From NCBI GenBank assembly GCA_951406725.2, contig OX597815.1:73284001-73348000 (forward strand): a stretch of DNA of 64,000 bases, written 5' to 3'. Made by a program: the position numbers and the translations under genes. The DNA is from Octopus vulgaris. Its lineage: Eukaryota. The first letter of the stretch is position 1. Each line of letters opens with the position of its first letter. The notes beneath the pieces were generated by a model that saw nothing but the letters and a program-made list of their open reading frames with translations, searched no databases and was not told the origin of the DNA. Positions 49,681-62,978 of the stretch are shown here, piece after piece.

Positions 49681-52600
49681 GCATACAGTCCATCATTTTA
49701 GTTAGCAACGAAGCCGCTTTTCATTTTCCCATTTTTTAAACCTTTGTAATTTTTCTTTTCTCTTTCCTTCTCCTACCACCCTTCTTGAACCACCTTCTTC
49801 TTCCCCGCCCTGTTCTTTACGTCAGCTTCCACATAATACACCTTTCTTCTCTGGTTTTACCGCCATTCATTAGCATGTAGTCTTTCATTTTGTCAACTAC
49901 CAGAAGACAGATCAATCGACGTCATATTCCGTATGTTCATACTTTCATATTGAATTGACTTTCCTCTTGATGTGTTAATATCTAGCATTATTTGTACTTC
50001 ATCTCAATTCATCTACATAGAATATTCATTTGTTATTATTATTGGTTTTCTGTTAGAGTATTCACTTATCTTGTGTTCGACAACAGACAATTGTGTTTCA
50101 CCGTAATTTAGGCTGAAAAGAAACAATGATGACTGTTGCTCTTCACTGGACAGCTCTTTCACGACCAAGTAACCTGTCGTATTTATTATTATTCTAGCCA
50201 AATGAAGAGTCAAGGCACGATGCCAAAGATGAAGGGGTAGGGTATAAAAATCAGGCACAAATTAGTTTATTATTCTTTTTTCCTTTAGTTTTTTTACTTT
50301 AGAGAGAAAAATACTTTCATTTTGAATGCACGTGTATTATGAGGGTAAAAAAACTCATTTTCGTAATTTATAAGCAATTAATTAGAAACAAAAAATAAAC
50401 ATTAATTTTGAGACGTATTGCTGTGTAAGAGCCAGCAATAAGTATTACCCGAAAAAATGTAATTTAAATACTTATAAATATTTAATTAGGAACACCATTA
50501 AAAAAACATTAATTATAAGATGTAATAGTGTTATAACAGTCAGCAAAAATTTCGAAAAACTGCTGTTAGTAAACAATTTTCGTTTCAGTATTTTAAAGAA
50601 ACCTTGATGTTTTTACGAAGTACGACGTGATTCTCCACATTTTGACAGCCAGAAGATGTTGATTAAAATAGAAGTTACTCTCATCTTGTATTTTACCTGT
50701 TTAAATAGAAAAGCTTGCTTAGAAACAGTCCTTAAATTGTTGACATTATGCAAGTTTATGACTGGTATATTAACGAGCGTAACATTTCCATAGCTGAAGG
50801 AACAACAGATGTGTGCTTTGCCCCGACGACTTTGTTTTTTCATACGTTTTGATGCGGTGCATGAATTATCGCTCTCGCCAATTTTGTTTTTTTTTCGCAT
50901 TAAATCATGATATAATCGTAATCTGTACTGTTTGAAAAGTGTTTGTAGCAAATTTCATTTGAAAATAGGCATATTTCAGAAACGTTTGCAGAAACAAAGT
51001 CGGTGGGTAGCACACACTTGCAGCTATACTTGGAAGTCCATCCATGTTTTAAAAATTGAAATAGTAGCTAGTGACGACTTTTAGTTTGCAGTCTCTTCCT
51101 TACCCACAAAGAATAGTGAATGATGAAGGCACATAGTAATGTTAGGCAATGCCTTCCTCTTTCCTTTCTCTATTTTTCACTCTGAATGCCATACTCTTTG
51201 TTACCTCTTACTCACACTATTCTAAATAGACATATTTCACCTCTTGTATGGATATTTCAAAGTTTGAAGGTATGAAACAGGAAATTTTCAAAATTGAAAA
51301 TTGGTTGATCGATTCCTCTGTGCATTATTAGAAAAAGTTAAGTGAAAACAAAGTTGTAGGAGAGAGAGAGAGAGCACTAAGCTAATACTAAGCTAGACAG
51401 GATGGTCACTGTTGGACTGCTTTTGAAAAAGATAAACAGAAACAAGACAACATATCTTATGCTTAGAACATTCAATGCTATGAAATAGCAACTAATCTGA
51501 AAATTTTAATTAAAATCAACAAGGCTCTTGTTTCTAGTGCATTCCTTGATCTCAATTCATAAACATCTTTGATGATCTCATGCTTCTTTCTTCTCAACAC
51601 CTCTCAGGATGGTTTTCAACAGTGACTCATGGTGCATTGTCATTCTCCTCACCATTTACTGTTTTCCATGCTGGTATGGGTTTGACACAAGATGATGAGC
51701 TAGAGAACTGTGCCAAGCTTGATTGTCGGCTATGGCATGGCTTCTAAGGATGGGTGCCCTTCCTAACACCAATTCACTTTACAGAGTGTACTGGGTGCTT
51801 TTTTTTTAATAGCACCAGCACCAGTGAGGTTACCAAGTAACTTGCAAGACAAATCTCTCAGCTGATGGTGGAGTCGTATTAAGGAGGATGGCTTTGTGTT
51901 AGATGAAGAGAGGTTAAAGTATTAGGGGAGGAAACAAGTGTTTTGCTGTAGAAGAGATACAAGGCTACCCCAGTTGGAGAAGGGGGGGGGAGAAAGAGAA
52001 AAGATGTTGGGGTATACCCTCAAATTACAGGGAGGTAAATATAAGTGACACAGGATTCGACAGGATGAATGGGTAGGTAAGTTCATAAGAGTGTAAAAGG
52101 CAAATGGGAAATATACGGGAGGAGAATGCAGTGAAAGGTGTACAAGCAAAGGAGGGGGTGTTAGGAAGATGAGTTGTGGGGTGGGGGGGGGATTTGTTAT
52201 ATGATAGATTTGTAAACTTGATTCTTTACAATAGGTGTCTTTAGATTTTCAGCCTTTTTTTACTGTGTCATTTGTTACTCTGTCTTTCCATCTTATCCTG
52301 CTTAATCTTTTGAAAGGTTAATGTCTCAAAAAATGCTTCTATTACAAATGCATCCTTATAGCTTGCTCTGGTAATTTTAACAGTGTTGCATGTTACTACA
52401 TCACTAATATTGTCACACATTTCAGCCTCTTACTCCCCACACACATACTTCCTCTTCAGTCTACTAAGTATTCCACTTCAGGACAGCCTCTACTACCTAG
52501 AACTGACTAAATGCATACCACTCCCATTCCACCTAAGCCTGTCTAAAACACTTATATCACTCCTCCAGAAGCCACCCTTATTGCAGCTTCCTCTATCTAT

Positions 52601-53145
52601 GTTCCTACACCCTTCTAAAGTAATTGGTGAGTGAACAGAGAAAAAAAGAAGGGTTAAAATATCCCTTTGGCTCTGTCTCATCAAGGACTTCTGAGCCACT
52701 GTGATGCCAGTATGATGATACAATGCAGCCGTACTTTCTGTAGAGCAATTGATAGGCATCCAGCCATGGAAACCAGGTGAAAATTAAATGTATGTGTACC
52801 ACTTTATGGTCCTTTGATGATCCTTCCATACCAGTAGGGAAAACAGATGCAAAATGAAGATGATGATGATGATTGTTCTCCTCAGAACTTCACACGTATA
52901 GAATTACCTCTGTATCTGTTTTCCCTTCAGATGTTGCCTTGTCAATATTCATCATCACCATCATTATCATCATTTTAATGTCCACTTTTCCCTTACTTGC
53001 ATGGGTTGGATGGAGTTTAATGTAACAGATTTTTTTTATGATCAGATGCCCTTCCTGTACCCAGCTCTCATCTGTTTCCAAGTAAGGTTATATTTCCCCC
53101 TAGCCAGGCATGTTTTTGCAGAATATTGTAAATGAATTACAAATG

Positions 53146-53342
53146 TGCATATTCTTTTTAGATCTAAGAACTCTATTGATCTGTTGAATTCTATACCTGA
53201 ATTTCATATTAAATGTAAGCATTTGGACAAGTTTCTATTATTGAACTGGAGATACACCACACTCTTCAGATTAAGCATGCAGTCTCATAAATTTTAACTT
53301 GTGTGTGTTGAATTAATTACACCAACAATGTGTGTTGAATTA

Positions 53343-53417
<75 letters not shown>

Positions 53418-53828
53418 TAATACATAGTGTTTAAATTTGATCTACTATTAGTTAAATGCTTCTGAAAATACAATAGTCGGATAAGCTTGTATTTATAGTA
53501 TGCTATGTATTTCCAAGCAATCATTCAGACTCTAAATTGCAACATGGCTGTTCTTTGACAAAAAAAAAAGAGAAAGAAAAGGTAAAAAGAAAAGCTAGTA
53601 AAAAGATTAAGAGTGGTGTCCCTTGGCCTATTATAAATATTAATATGGTTGGTGTAATTAATTCAACACACACAAGTTAAAATTTATGAGACTACATGCT
53701 TAATCTGAAGAGTGTGGTGTATCTCCAGTTCAATAATAGAAACTTGTCCAAATGCTTACATTTAATATGAAATTCAGGTATAGAATTCAACAGATCAATA
53801 GAGTTCTTAGATCTAAAAAGAATATGCA
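53146..53828. repeat. Inverted repeat with 181-bp arms (53146-53326 and 53648-53828) and one mismatch, enclosing (CA)n
   Basis: Direct reverse-complement comparison. Confidence 0.92.
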
Positions 53829-54562
53829 ATCTTTTAGCTAAACAAATCCTGCATCTCATTAATCCTGTAATGTATGGCATGCACCATTCCGTGATGCTCT
53901 ACTTGATGAACTATGGTGTGCTGTTAGCTTTCAAGCCCCAGCTATGGTTGGCTAACTTGATGGTTTTCTTCTTATCTACATGTAGAAAAGAAAACTGGTG
54001 GTCAAGCATATCTTTTTATAAAGTCACTTTCACATATAACAATGTACTTTCTTTTTTGTGAGTTTTATTATTTTGGAATACTGAGGTGGCTTTGACTTCA
54101 TAAGCCACTAAACATGCATGCCTGATCAAGTGGGCAAGTTTCTGGATTTCTATTGTTAAAACTTGGAGTAGGCACTTGGTGTAACCTGTGAGTGATAAAT
54201 TTTTTCATGTTGGGGCAGCAGTTTCTCACTGAGCATCTGTTAAAAATTTTCCTATATCTATGGCCATCTGGGAACTGCTTATGTATTAAGGCCATGAATT
54301 TTATACCTATGTTAGTCCAATGTTCAAAGAGAAAGCATGTGCTGAACCATATAATCTTCCTGGGTCTATTTTTAAGTTTCATAGTTTTAATTATGAAGTT
54401 GTAGGCAATCTTCTTTTTGAATTCACTGTCAGCCATGGTGTTATTACAGTGGATGGGTGGCTGTCTTAGATATTTCCTGAGAGGAGATGAGATAAGATAT
54501 TCTTTTGCAGATATGGCTGCAATGTTATTAAACACTTTTGGAAGAGTGACAAGATTATGCAT
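53430..54562 (-). pseudogene. Decayed Penelope-like element 3' portion (RT thumb, GIY-YIG, 3' UTR)
   Basis: PRKIIWF..TNIGIKFMALIHKQFPDGHRYRKIFNR, CPLDQAC, PY..LMRCRICL..IL..LLN..E..IKCKHLDKFLL. Confidence 0.8.
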
Positions 54563-55059
54563 GTGAATTTTTATACAGAATTTTTATACACACACATACA
54601 CGTAAGGTGGGATTCTTTCAGTTTCTGTCAACCAAATGCACTCCTTTGGTCATTCCATGGGTATAGTAGTAAACACATATCTGAGGTATCATGCAGTGGG
54701 ACTGAACCTGAAACCATAATATTAACCCCATCAATCTTGCCAGTCTGAGGGTGAAGCCCGGTGAAATCCATGTACCCAACTCCTACCTCCTAACGAAATT
54801 GTAAAGAACATGGATATCACTATTGATGCTACAACAGTAAACTCATCTGTACTTTGGTACCTGTGTACAACAAAGTGGACTAGGTTAATTAGATTAACTA
54901 AAACATACATTAGGAGGGAAATTCTAGTTCTACTTCATCTCCTGTTACAGTAGGTGCAGGTATGGCTTTGTGATTAAGCTTGCTTTGTAACTAAATGGTT
55001 TTGGGTTCAGTCCCACTGCACAACACCTTGGGTAAGTATCTTCTATTATAGCCCCAGTA

Positions 55060-56035
55060 CCAGAAGCTTCAATACGAACATTTCAGAGTGTTTTGGTGTC
55101 AATCTGAGGACAGTGCAGAAGATTCGGAAAGAGCTGGATGAGTCTAATGGTGATTGTGAAGGTATGGCTGCTTGGAAAACGCATTCTGATCATTCTGATA
55201 GGAAAAGACCTCCTGAATTTGTTGGTGAGATCCAGGCCATGATTGACAATGATCCCTCCAAGTCAATCAGGTCCATCTCCAGTGATATGGGAGTGTCTGA
55301 GTTTCTTATCAGGCAGGTAGTGCATGAAAACATTCGGTATTCCTCACACAAGATGAGAAAGGGCCAATTTTTATCCCAAGCCATCAAGGACAAGAGGAAA
55401 GACCATGCTACGAACCATTTGAACAAACTCCAACCAAACATGCTTCGGTTTTTCTCAGATGAGAAAAATTTCTGCCAGGATCACATGGTGAACACACAGA
55501 ACAACTGTTGGCTTGCTGTGTCCCCAAAACATGTACCAAGAGTGATAAAAATCAAACGTCCAGTCAACATCATGGTGTTTGGAGTGATCAGTAGTGATGG
55601 CGATGTTATGCCCCCATTCATCTTCCCATACAGCCTCAAAATAAACACAGAGGCCTACATCAAGTGCCTGGAAGAGGTAATGCTGCCCTGGGTAAAGAGG
55701 CTGGCTGCTGGAAAACGCTATGTCTGGCAACAGGACTCTTCACCATGTTACACAAACAGGAGAACCCAGTCATGACTGTCAGACAATTTCTGCAATCACA
55801 TCACCCCTAACATCTGGCCACCTAACTCCCCAGACCGCCACCCCCATGATTATTATGTGTGGAGTGAAGTTGAGTGAGAGACAAACAAAACTCCTTGTAA
55901 CATCAAAGATTAACTGAAGGTAAGGATTATGGCAACATTCATCAACTTAAACAAAGAAACTGCCCAGAAGAGTTGCAGGAGATTCCGAAGTCGTCTGGAG
56001 GCTGTGGTTGAAACCAATGGCGATTTTATTGAAAA
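55060..56035 (+). pseudogene. maT-family (DD37D) transposase relic
   Basis: FFSDEKNF, MVFGVIS, WQQD followed after exactly 37 residues by the D of WPPNSPDRHPHD, FRSRLEAVV..NG.FIE; internal stops; TIRs not found. Confidence 0.88.
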
Positions 56036-56259
56036 AATTTGCTCATTAGTATTTTAAGATATTTTTATGTGTCGCTAGTGCTCTCCCCTTACTAATTGAC
56101 AACAGGTGTTAGTTTTCTTACATCCCTGTAAAGAGACTAGACTTTGAAAATATAAATATTGGGGAGGGAGCAATCTGTTCTAAAAGGAAAAGAAAAAAAA
56201 AAACTCAAAGTAGTGCCCCAGCATGACTATAGTCAAATGGCTAAACAGGTAAAAGAATA

Positions 56260-56500
56260 CCTCCAGCAATGAGACACACCTGACTCGGTCATCTTGCTAC
56301 CTTTCGTCACTCTTGGTGTATCCAACCCCTTCAGCCCTACTCTAGCCCTTATTTCCAGTTCTTCCTTCCTAGAACATAATTCCTCCAGAAGTTTCTTGCT
56401 CGTGTCCTACCTGTTGACCTCCAACTGCTTAAAAGGAACATTAAACAGCGTTAGGCTCACTGACCTCAGAATGGGCCTGCAGAGATAATGGGTACTGTCC
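56260..56500 (+). pseudogene. Possible CR1/Jockey-like LINE 3' end relic
   Basis: YFQFFLPRT*..VLPVDLQLLKRNI resembles the SF.PRT...WN.LP...L..FK motif. Confidence 0.35.
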
Positions 56501-57107
56501 CTTCCCCTAAACTCAACAAGTAACTATAGATAAATAAGGAGAAAATGACCCTTTTTCTGTTTTTTATATGTGCATATCTGATGTGCTGGATATGCTAGTT
56601 TCTCTTTTACTCTATGTACTTAATCAGTACTGTAGATGCACTTGAGTAAAGTTGACAAGGACCACTCAACCGTAACAACTATTACCTCACCAACCGTGAC
56701 CACAGGCTGCATCGACCATCAACCGCGTCAACAAGTGTGACACAAAAACATGGTGTCTTTAGACAGAGTTAAAATACCATCGAAAATTGTTTAATCATTT
56801 CGTAACTTTATTACACTTTTCCGACAATCTATCAACAAAAACGCTAATGACTGTACTACTACTGCTGCTGCTGCTGATGATGATGATGAGGATGAGGAGG
56901 AGGAGGAGAGTGATCTTGAAGCTGGTAGTGATGATGATTCCACTGGATTTTCATATTGTACCCAGGTGGAAAGACTTAGCACTGAGAGTGTTTGATCTTA
57001 AATGTTTGTTCAGTTTAAGGAATTAAACCAACCATCCATGAAATGCTTCCTCACAGTTCACCAGAGAATACTAATCACTTCTTATTGACAGTGTGTATAT
57101 AACGTAA

Positions 57108-57174
<67 letters not shown>

Positions 57175-57426
57175 CACATACACAAACATATGCATACAAT
57201 ATATAGATATTGTATGTACATACAATGTGTATTTATATATACATATACAAATATAGATATACATATATATATGTGTGCATATTTATACACACACACAAAT
57301 ATTTTTGTACATACATGCATACACATAAATATACGAACATACGTTCACATATACATTATATGTACACTAATACACACTCAAATACATGAAAATGTGTGAT
57401 TCAATGTTTGTGTGTGTGTGTATATA

Positions 57427-58100
57427 TCATCATTATCATCGTTTAACGTCGTTTTCCGTGCTAGTACGGGTTGGATGGTTCGACCGGGGTCTGGGAAGCC
57501 AGGGCCTGCACCAGGCTCCAGTCTGATCTGGCAGAGTTTCTACAGCTGGATGCCCTTCCTAACGTCAACCACTCCGCGAGTGTAGTGGGTGCTTTTTACG
57601 TGTCACCTGCACAGGTGCCAGGGGGGTCCGGCATCGGTCACGATCGGTTGGAGCTTTTAACGTGCCACCGGCATGGAAGCCAGCCAAGGCGGCGCTGGCA
57701 ACGGCCACGTTTGGATGGTGCTTTTTATGTGCCACCGGCACAGGAGCCAGTCGGGGCGGCGCTGGCATCGGCCACGTTCGGATGGTGCTTTTTATGTGCC
57801 ACCGGCACAGAAGCCAGTCAAGTCGGCGCTGGCTACAGCCACATTCGGATGGTGCTTTTTATATGCCACCGGCACAGGTATCACAACTACTATTTCCATT
57901 GATATTTATTTCGATGTTCATGTTCATGTTCATGTACTTGACTCAACAGGTCTCCTCAAGCACAGCGGGACGTTCTGGGATCCAGGGTACTTTGAATGGG
58001 CAGGGGCTATGCAGAACTGGTGTATTACATCAAAATACAAAACAGTCCCCTTTGCAGTCACAGCATATCTCCAGAGATCTCGGTCCTTCGCCATTGCCTA
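57427..58100 (-). mobile_element. 5'-truncated RTE-like LINE 3' end with a (GAT)n-like tail
   Basis: Minus-strand ORF end AMAKDRDLWRYAV; 3' UTR with GTTAGGAAGGGCATCCAGCTGTAGAAAC. More decayed tails at about 51650-51830, 52690-52870, 52960-53120 and 60500-60650. Confidence 0.75.
57588..57878. repeat. GC-rich 67-bp minisatellite within the RTE 3' UTR, about 4.4 copies
   Basis: Units start at 57588, 57650, 57717, 57784 and 57851 (GGTGCTTTTTAYGTGCCACCGGCA...). Confidence 0.9.
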
Positions 58101-58416
58101 TTTATATATGGTTATATGCATATTGTATAAACGTATTCATAAATGTGTTTATAACTGAATCCATACAGAGTTGGTGTATATAAGCGCGTGTATATAAATG
58201 AGTGCATGTGGGTCAGCTTCTAGGTGCTTAATCTGTTGATCCTTAATAAACTTAATCTGTGGGTACGAATTTTGTATACCAATATTGTTGGGAAAGAAAA
58301 ACAGTCAAGATTATATGCAAGGTATACATAGTTGAGTTTTTAAATGACTGAAAAAACAAGTAATTAAAAATGCAACATTTCATGTGAAACAACCTAATAT
58401 ATATATATATATATAT

Positions 58417-58604
58417 AGGGAGAGTTTACGAAAAAAACAAAAGATGAAGACAGGTGGTGTACAAAACAAGCAGATGTATTAGCATAACGCTCAGGAATAG
58501 AAAAAGTCTTTAACGTTTCAATCCTACGCTCTTCTACAGAAAGGGACACAGAAAAAACAAGGAGAGAAAAAAATGTGTGTAGTGGCTAACGATCTATCAT
58601 GGCG

Positions 58605-58605
<1 letters not shown>
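58417..58605 (-). mobile_element. Short element embedded in (TA)n, possibly a solo PLE pseudo-LTR
   Basis: (TA)n on both sides; the minus strand has a decayed hammerhead-like CTTT-CTGTAGA-AGAGC-GTAG-GATT-GAAAC-GTT-AAAG. Confidence 0.45.
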
Positions 58606-58640
<35 letters not shown>

Positions 58641-59056
58641 GATGTGCATATTTGTATTCCCATATTTAATTATCTAATGTGTGTTTCTAATTGTAAGTAA
58701 GGTTTAGACAGAAGGGTACATGAGGCAAGATTCCTATAGCCAGATGCTTTTCTTACCACCAAACCCATATTTTTCAACTTAGGGAATTTTATTTTTCTGA
58801 GGAATTTGAAAGCACAGAGCTAACAGACAATGTATTGACAGGGAATATCAACAAATGGCACTAGTTGCAGCCCAGCCACAAATGTTGACATTTCTCTCTG
58901 TTGCATAGATCATTGAAAATTGTGCACATTCACACAGATACACATACACTCATACTCTGTCTGTCTATCTGTCACACACACACACACATCATCATGATCA
59001 TCATGATCATCCATTTGAGAAGTACTGATATAAAGAAACACCAAAATAGGTATATT

Positions 59057-59267
59057 TATTTCTTTATTGCCCACAAGGGGCTAAACATAGAAGGGACAAA
59101 TGAGGACAGACAACCTCAGTGTGTAACTGGTACTTATTTAATCGACCCTTGAAAGGATGAAAGACAAAGTCGACCTCGGCAGAATTTGAACTCAGAATGT
59201 AAAGAGTGACAGAATACTGCTGAGCATTTTGCCTGGTGTGCTAACAATTCTGTCAGCTTACTGCCTT
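59057..59267 (-). mobile_element. SINE family B, tail type 1, CpG-decayed
   Basis: Homologous to 851-1062 with several CG>TG/CA changes. Confidence 0.85.
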
Positions 59268-59290
59268 TTTTTTTTTTTGCATTATGTCTG

Positions 59291-59692
59291 GTAAGTTCAC
59301 TGTCATCAATTCACTGCAGGGAAAGTTCACCGTCATCAATTCATTTTTTTTTTCAATAAAATAGTTTTTAACTATTCATGGTGAGATACTATAGATATAT
59401 TTTCTCGGTAAACTTTCTTCTTATCTACTCTGCATGTGTGTCTTTGTGTCTGTGTTTATCACCCCATCATCACTTGGCAACCGGTGTTGATGTGTTTATG
59501 TCCCTGTAACTTAGTGGTTTGGCAAAGAGACTAATAGAATATGCACTAGGCTTAAGAATAATTCCTGGGGTCGAATTGTTTGACAAAAACACTTCAAAGC
59601 AGTGCTTGGCTGCAGTCAAATGACTGAAACAAGTAAAAGAATAAAAGAATATCGAAATTGTTTTGAATGTGAATTGATGGCAGTGAACTTAC
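59291..59692. mobile_element. MITE-like element split by a SINE-A tail; inverted second copy at about 60975-61128
   Basis: Ends GTAAGTTCACTGTCATCAATTCAC / GTGAATTGATGGCAGTGAACTTAC; 59291-59420 matches the reverse complement of 60995-61128. Confidence 0.65.
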
Positions 59693-60052
59693 TTGTACTC
59701 TCTTGGCATGCATGGGGTTGGCTGTGACAATGGAATAAGAAAAGGGATCAGGTTTGTTAGTGGAGCTCTGTAATATAAATGACTCTACCTTTTTGTAATG
59801 CAAGCTTCAGAAAGCCTGTCAGCCAGCTAGTTAATGGGTGAAAATGGGGACCAAATTGGTTTTATTTCCCTTGAGAAAGGTGCTATTACATGGTTCTGAA
59901 CTTCTCCCACCCAGCATTGATATAGCTTAGCAATTAGCAATAATTGTGCAGAATCAGAAAGTGAATTAAGTGAGATGAAGAAAGATATGAAAGAGAAAAG
60001 ACCATTTTAGGGGAGTATGAATTCCAGTTGGCCTTGTTTTAAAGGAGAGATA

Positions 60053-60414
60053 ATGTGGTGAGCTGGCAGAATTGTTCGCATGTTGAACAAAATGCTTAGT
60101 GGTATTTCTTCTGGCTCTCAACATTCTGAGTTCAAATTCTGCCATGGTTTACTTTACCTTTCATCCTTTTAGAGTCAATAAAATAAGTACCAGTTGAGTA
60201 CTAGGGTCATTATAATCAACTTACTCCATCCCCTACAATTGTTTGCATTGTACCAAAATTTGAAACCAATATTGTTGTTGTTGTTGTTATGGCAGTGAGT
60301 TGGCAGAATTGTTAGCCTGTTGGACAAAATGCTTAGCAACATTTCCTCCAGCTCTTTACATTCTGAATTCAAATTCTGCCAAGGTTGACTTTGCCTTTCA
60401 TTCTTTTGGGGTCC
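60053..60414 (+). mobile_element. Two tandem SINE family B copies, CpG-decayed
   Basis: TTCTGAGTTCAAATTCTGCC..CTTTCATCCTTTT core occurs twice. Confidence 0.8.
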
Positions 60415-61169
60415 GTAATCAAATGTAATGATTATTTATTCACTTTAAAAAAAAATTAATCATGTATTGTCTTGTAGTCTTGAAATTTTGAAGATCATCA
60501 TTATCATCATCATTGTTTAACATCTGTTTTCCATGCTGGCATGGATTGGATAGTTTGATAGCAGCTGGCCAGGTAGAAGACTAGACCAGGCTTCTGTGTT
60601 TTGGTATGATTTTTACAACTGGATGCCCTTCCTAACATCAACCACTTTGCAACAGATTGGCATCCCATTTAGAAAGACATAAGGTTGGTGTGAGGGGCCA
60701 GACCTGGCTGGTTCAAACATAAAATGTGTAGGACATTTTGGGCTGATATGGCCAGTTTAAATGCTAAAGAGTTAAGGGTGTGGTGGAAAGCTATAATATA
60801 AAGTACAACAGGGTATATCTAAGAGACAACCTACTGAAAGCTACTGACAAATTTTGTTGATAAAGTAGGGTCCTACTGTCCTAGAAATCTTAGGGCTGGT
60901 TACTAAGTTTCCATGATGTATAAGTGACTAAGATCACAACATTCCCACTAAATGGGATGCTGGTCTGGATTACAGTTAAGTCCATCAATTCACCATGAAG
61001 AAAGTTCACCACGAAAATATATCCATAGCACCTCATCATTAATAGTTAAAAACTATTTTATTGAAAAATCAACTGGTGAATTGATGACAGAGAACTTTCC
61101 CTATGGTGAATTGATGACTGAACTTACTGGACATGGTCAGTCTGTTGAAATGCTAGAAGTTCAGCCATG

Positions 61170-61870
61170 TTGGGTCATGTTAATGGTTTTGTGGATTTGG
61201 GGTTAAAAAAAATGCAAAACCCTAAAACGGAAGTTATTTATTATATTACCCATCACCAGCTATTAGATGTAAAACAGTTGGAATGTGAATTTGAAGCTGT
61301 AATGATTGAGATGGTCAAAGGGCAAGCACTAAACACTTGGCTGTTTTGCAAGTTATGTGAGGATGGAGTGAGGAGCTTAATACTCAGACCTCATTTTCAC
61401 ACTGAAAGAAGATGGATTCTTTGTGATGAAGTCTCATTTATATTTAGATACTCACTGTAAGCTTGAAGCATTTTTTCCCTTGCAGATCAATTCAGAAATT
61501 CTACTTGGTTGGTGTGTATTTCATATTTAGCTGATCTCTCTTGGAGATATCCTGGTTCAATAAACAAGAAATTGTAAGGGAAAACTTATGGATATTTTTT
61601 TTTAGATTCTAAAACTTCGAATGAAAAAAGATTTCATCATTTGGCTCAAAACTTCTGTATTGGAACTGGAAAGTTGATCAAAGCATCAGTTTTTAGAAGA
61701 TTGTGAAGATGTCACTCTTTGTATCATCAAATAGTCAGTCACAAGGTATCTTATCATAACAGCAGTTCTCTGATTACTTTTCCAGAGCTTGATTTACGAA
61801 CCATCATTTGGGTTGTGAATTCCTTTAACTGTAAAATGCTGATGTGCTTTTGAGAGGCTAAAGGATTTGA
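61170..61870 (+). pseudogene. Possible very old hAT transposase relic
   Basis: Weak motifs IYY..H, TWL..C..HF..E and FPEL..IP..NADV across frameshifts. Confidence 0.25.
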
Positions 61871-62509
61871 AGATGGCATTTGCTGAACTTTGTTTCAGCA
61901 ATGAAGCTTTCAGGGAATTTCAAGATAAGGTGAAGGATTTAAAAATAAAAAATGTGTGTGAAAGCAACAAAAATATGGCTTGCAAGAATTTACCTTTGTA
62001 AAAAAGAATTTTCTGCATTTGTGAAGTTAGAGAACAAAGTTTAGGAATCGGTTGGGCATTGAAGACAACATCCAAGATGTTCTCACATCAAAAAAAGCTC
62101 TAAGTTTGATGTTGTTACATCAAAAATGAAACACTGTCATTTTTCAAAAATAAAAATAAACCTAAAGAAGAATTGTTTTGAATTAAATTCTTCAGTTCTT
62201 TAATCATTTAAAAAAAAATTTTGTTAACATGCTTTTTCTTTGTGTCAAGTTGTTTGGTCTTTTATTTATTTATTTTTTTTCCTTACTAATGCTTGTGTAC
62301 TTGAAAATTGATCCATATTAATTCTTGTGAAATTTGAAAATTAATCCATATTTAATTACTGTCAACTTTTTGTTTTTTATTTCTCTGTAATAAACCTTGA
62401 TATTTAAAAAAAAAAAACAAATACAGAAATCAGTCAAACCCCTGAATACAACATCGAAGCTGCTCTGGTATCAAAAGGTTCTGATTTTAATGTCGTTATA
62501 TCAAAAATG

Positions 62510-62978
62510 AAAGCAGCGAGATGACAGAATCATTAGAGCGTTGGAAAAATTGTTTTTTCTGTATTTTTTCTGGCTCTTTACATTCTGAGTTCAAATTCTG
62601 CCAAGGTCAACTTTGTCTTTCATCCTTTTGGTGGTGGGGGTCAATAAAATAAAGTACCAGTCAAGTACTGGGGTCAATATAATTGACTTGTCCCCTCCCT
62701 CTAAAATTACTGGTCTTGTGCCGAAATTTTGAAAGAACTGTCATCATCATCATCATCATTATTATTAAGGTATCAAGCTTGCAGAATCACTAGTGCATCA
62801 AACAAATGTTTTGTGGTATTTCTTCTAGCTGTTTATGTTCTGAGTTCAAATCTCACTGAAGTCAACTTTGTTTTTCATGCTTTCAGGGTTTATTAAGTAC
62901 CAATCAAGTACTAGGGTTTGACGGTATTGACTTACCCTCTTCTTTATAACCACTGGCCTTGTGTCAAAATTTAAAATC
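62510..62978 (+). mobile_element. Two tandem SINE family B copies, CpG-decayed
   Basis: Same core as above at about 62585 and 62840. Confidence 0.8.

Noticed and set aside
57588-57878. CRISPR-like repeat-spacer pattern and 143-173 aa ORFs
   Set aside because: The spacers are homologous to one another, there are no cas genes, and the context is a eukaryotic RTE tail; this is a minisatellite.
61486-61745. Apparent AG..GT exon-like segments
   Set aside because: They contain stops in the plausible frames and give no coherent protein; more likely decayed transposon.
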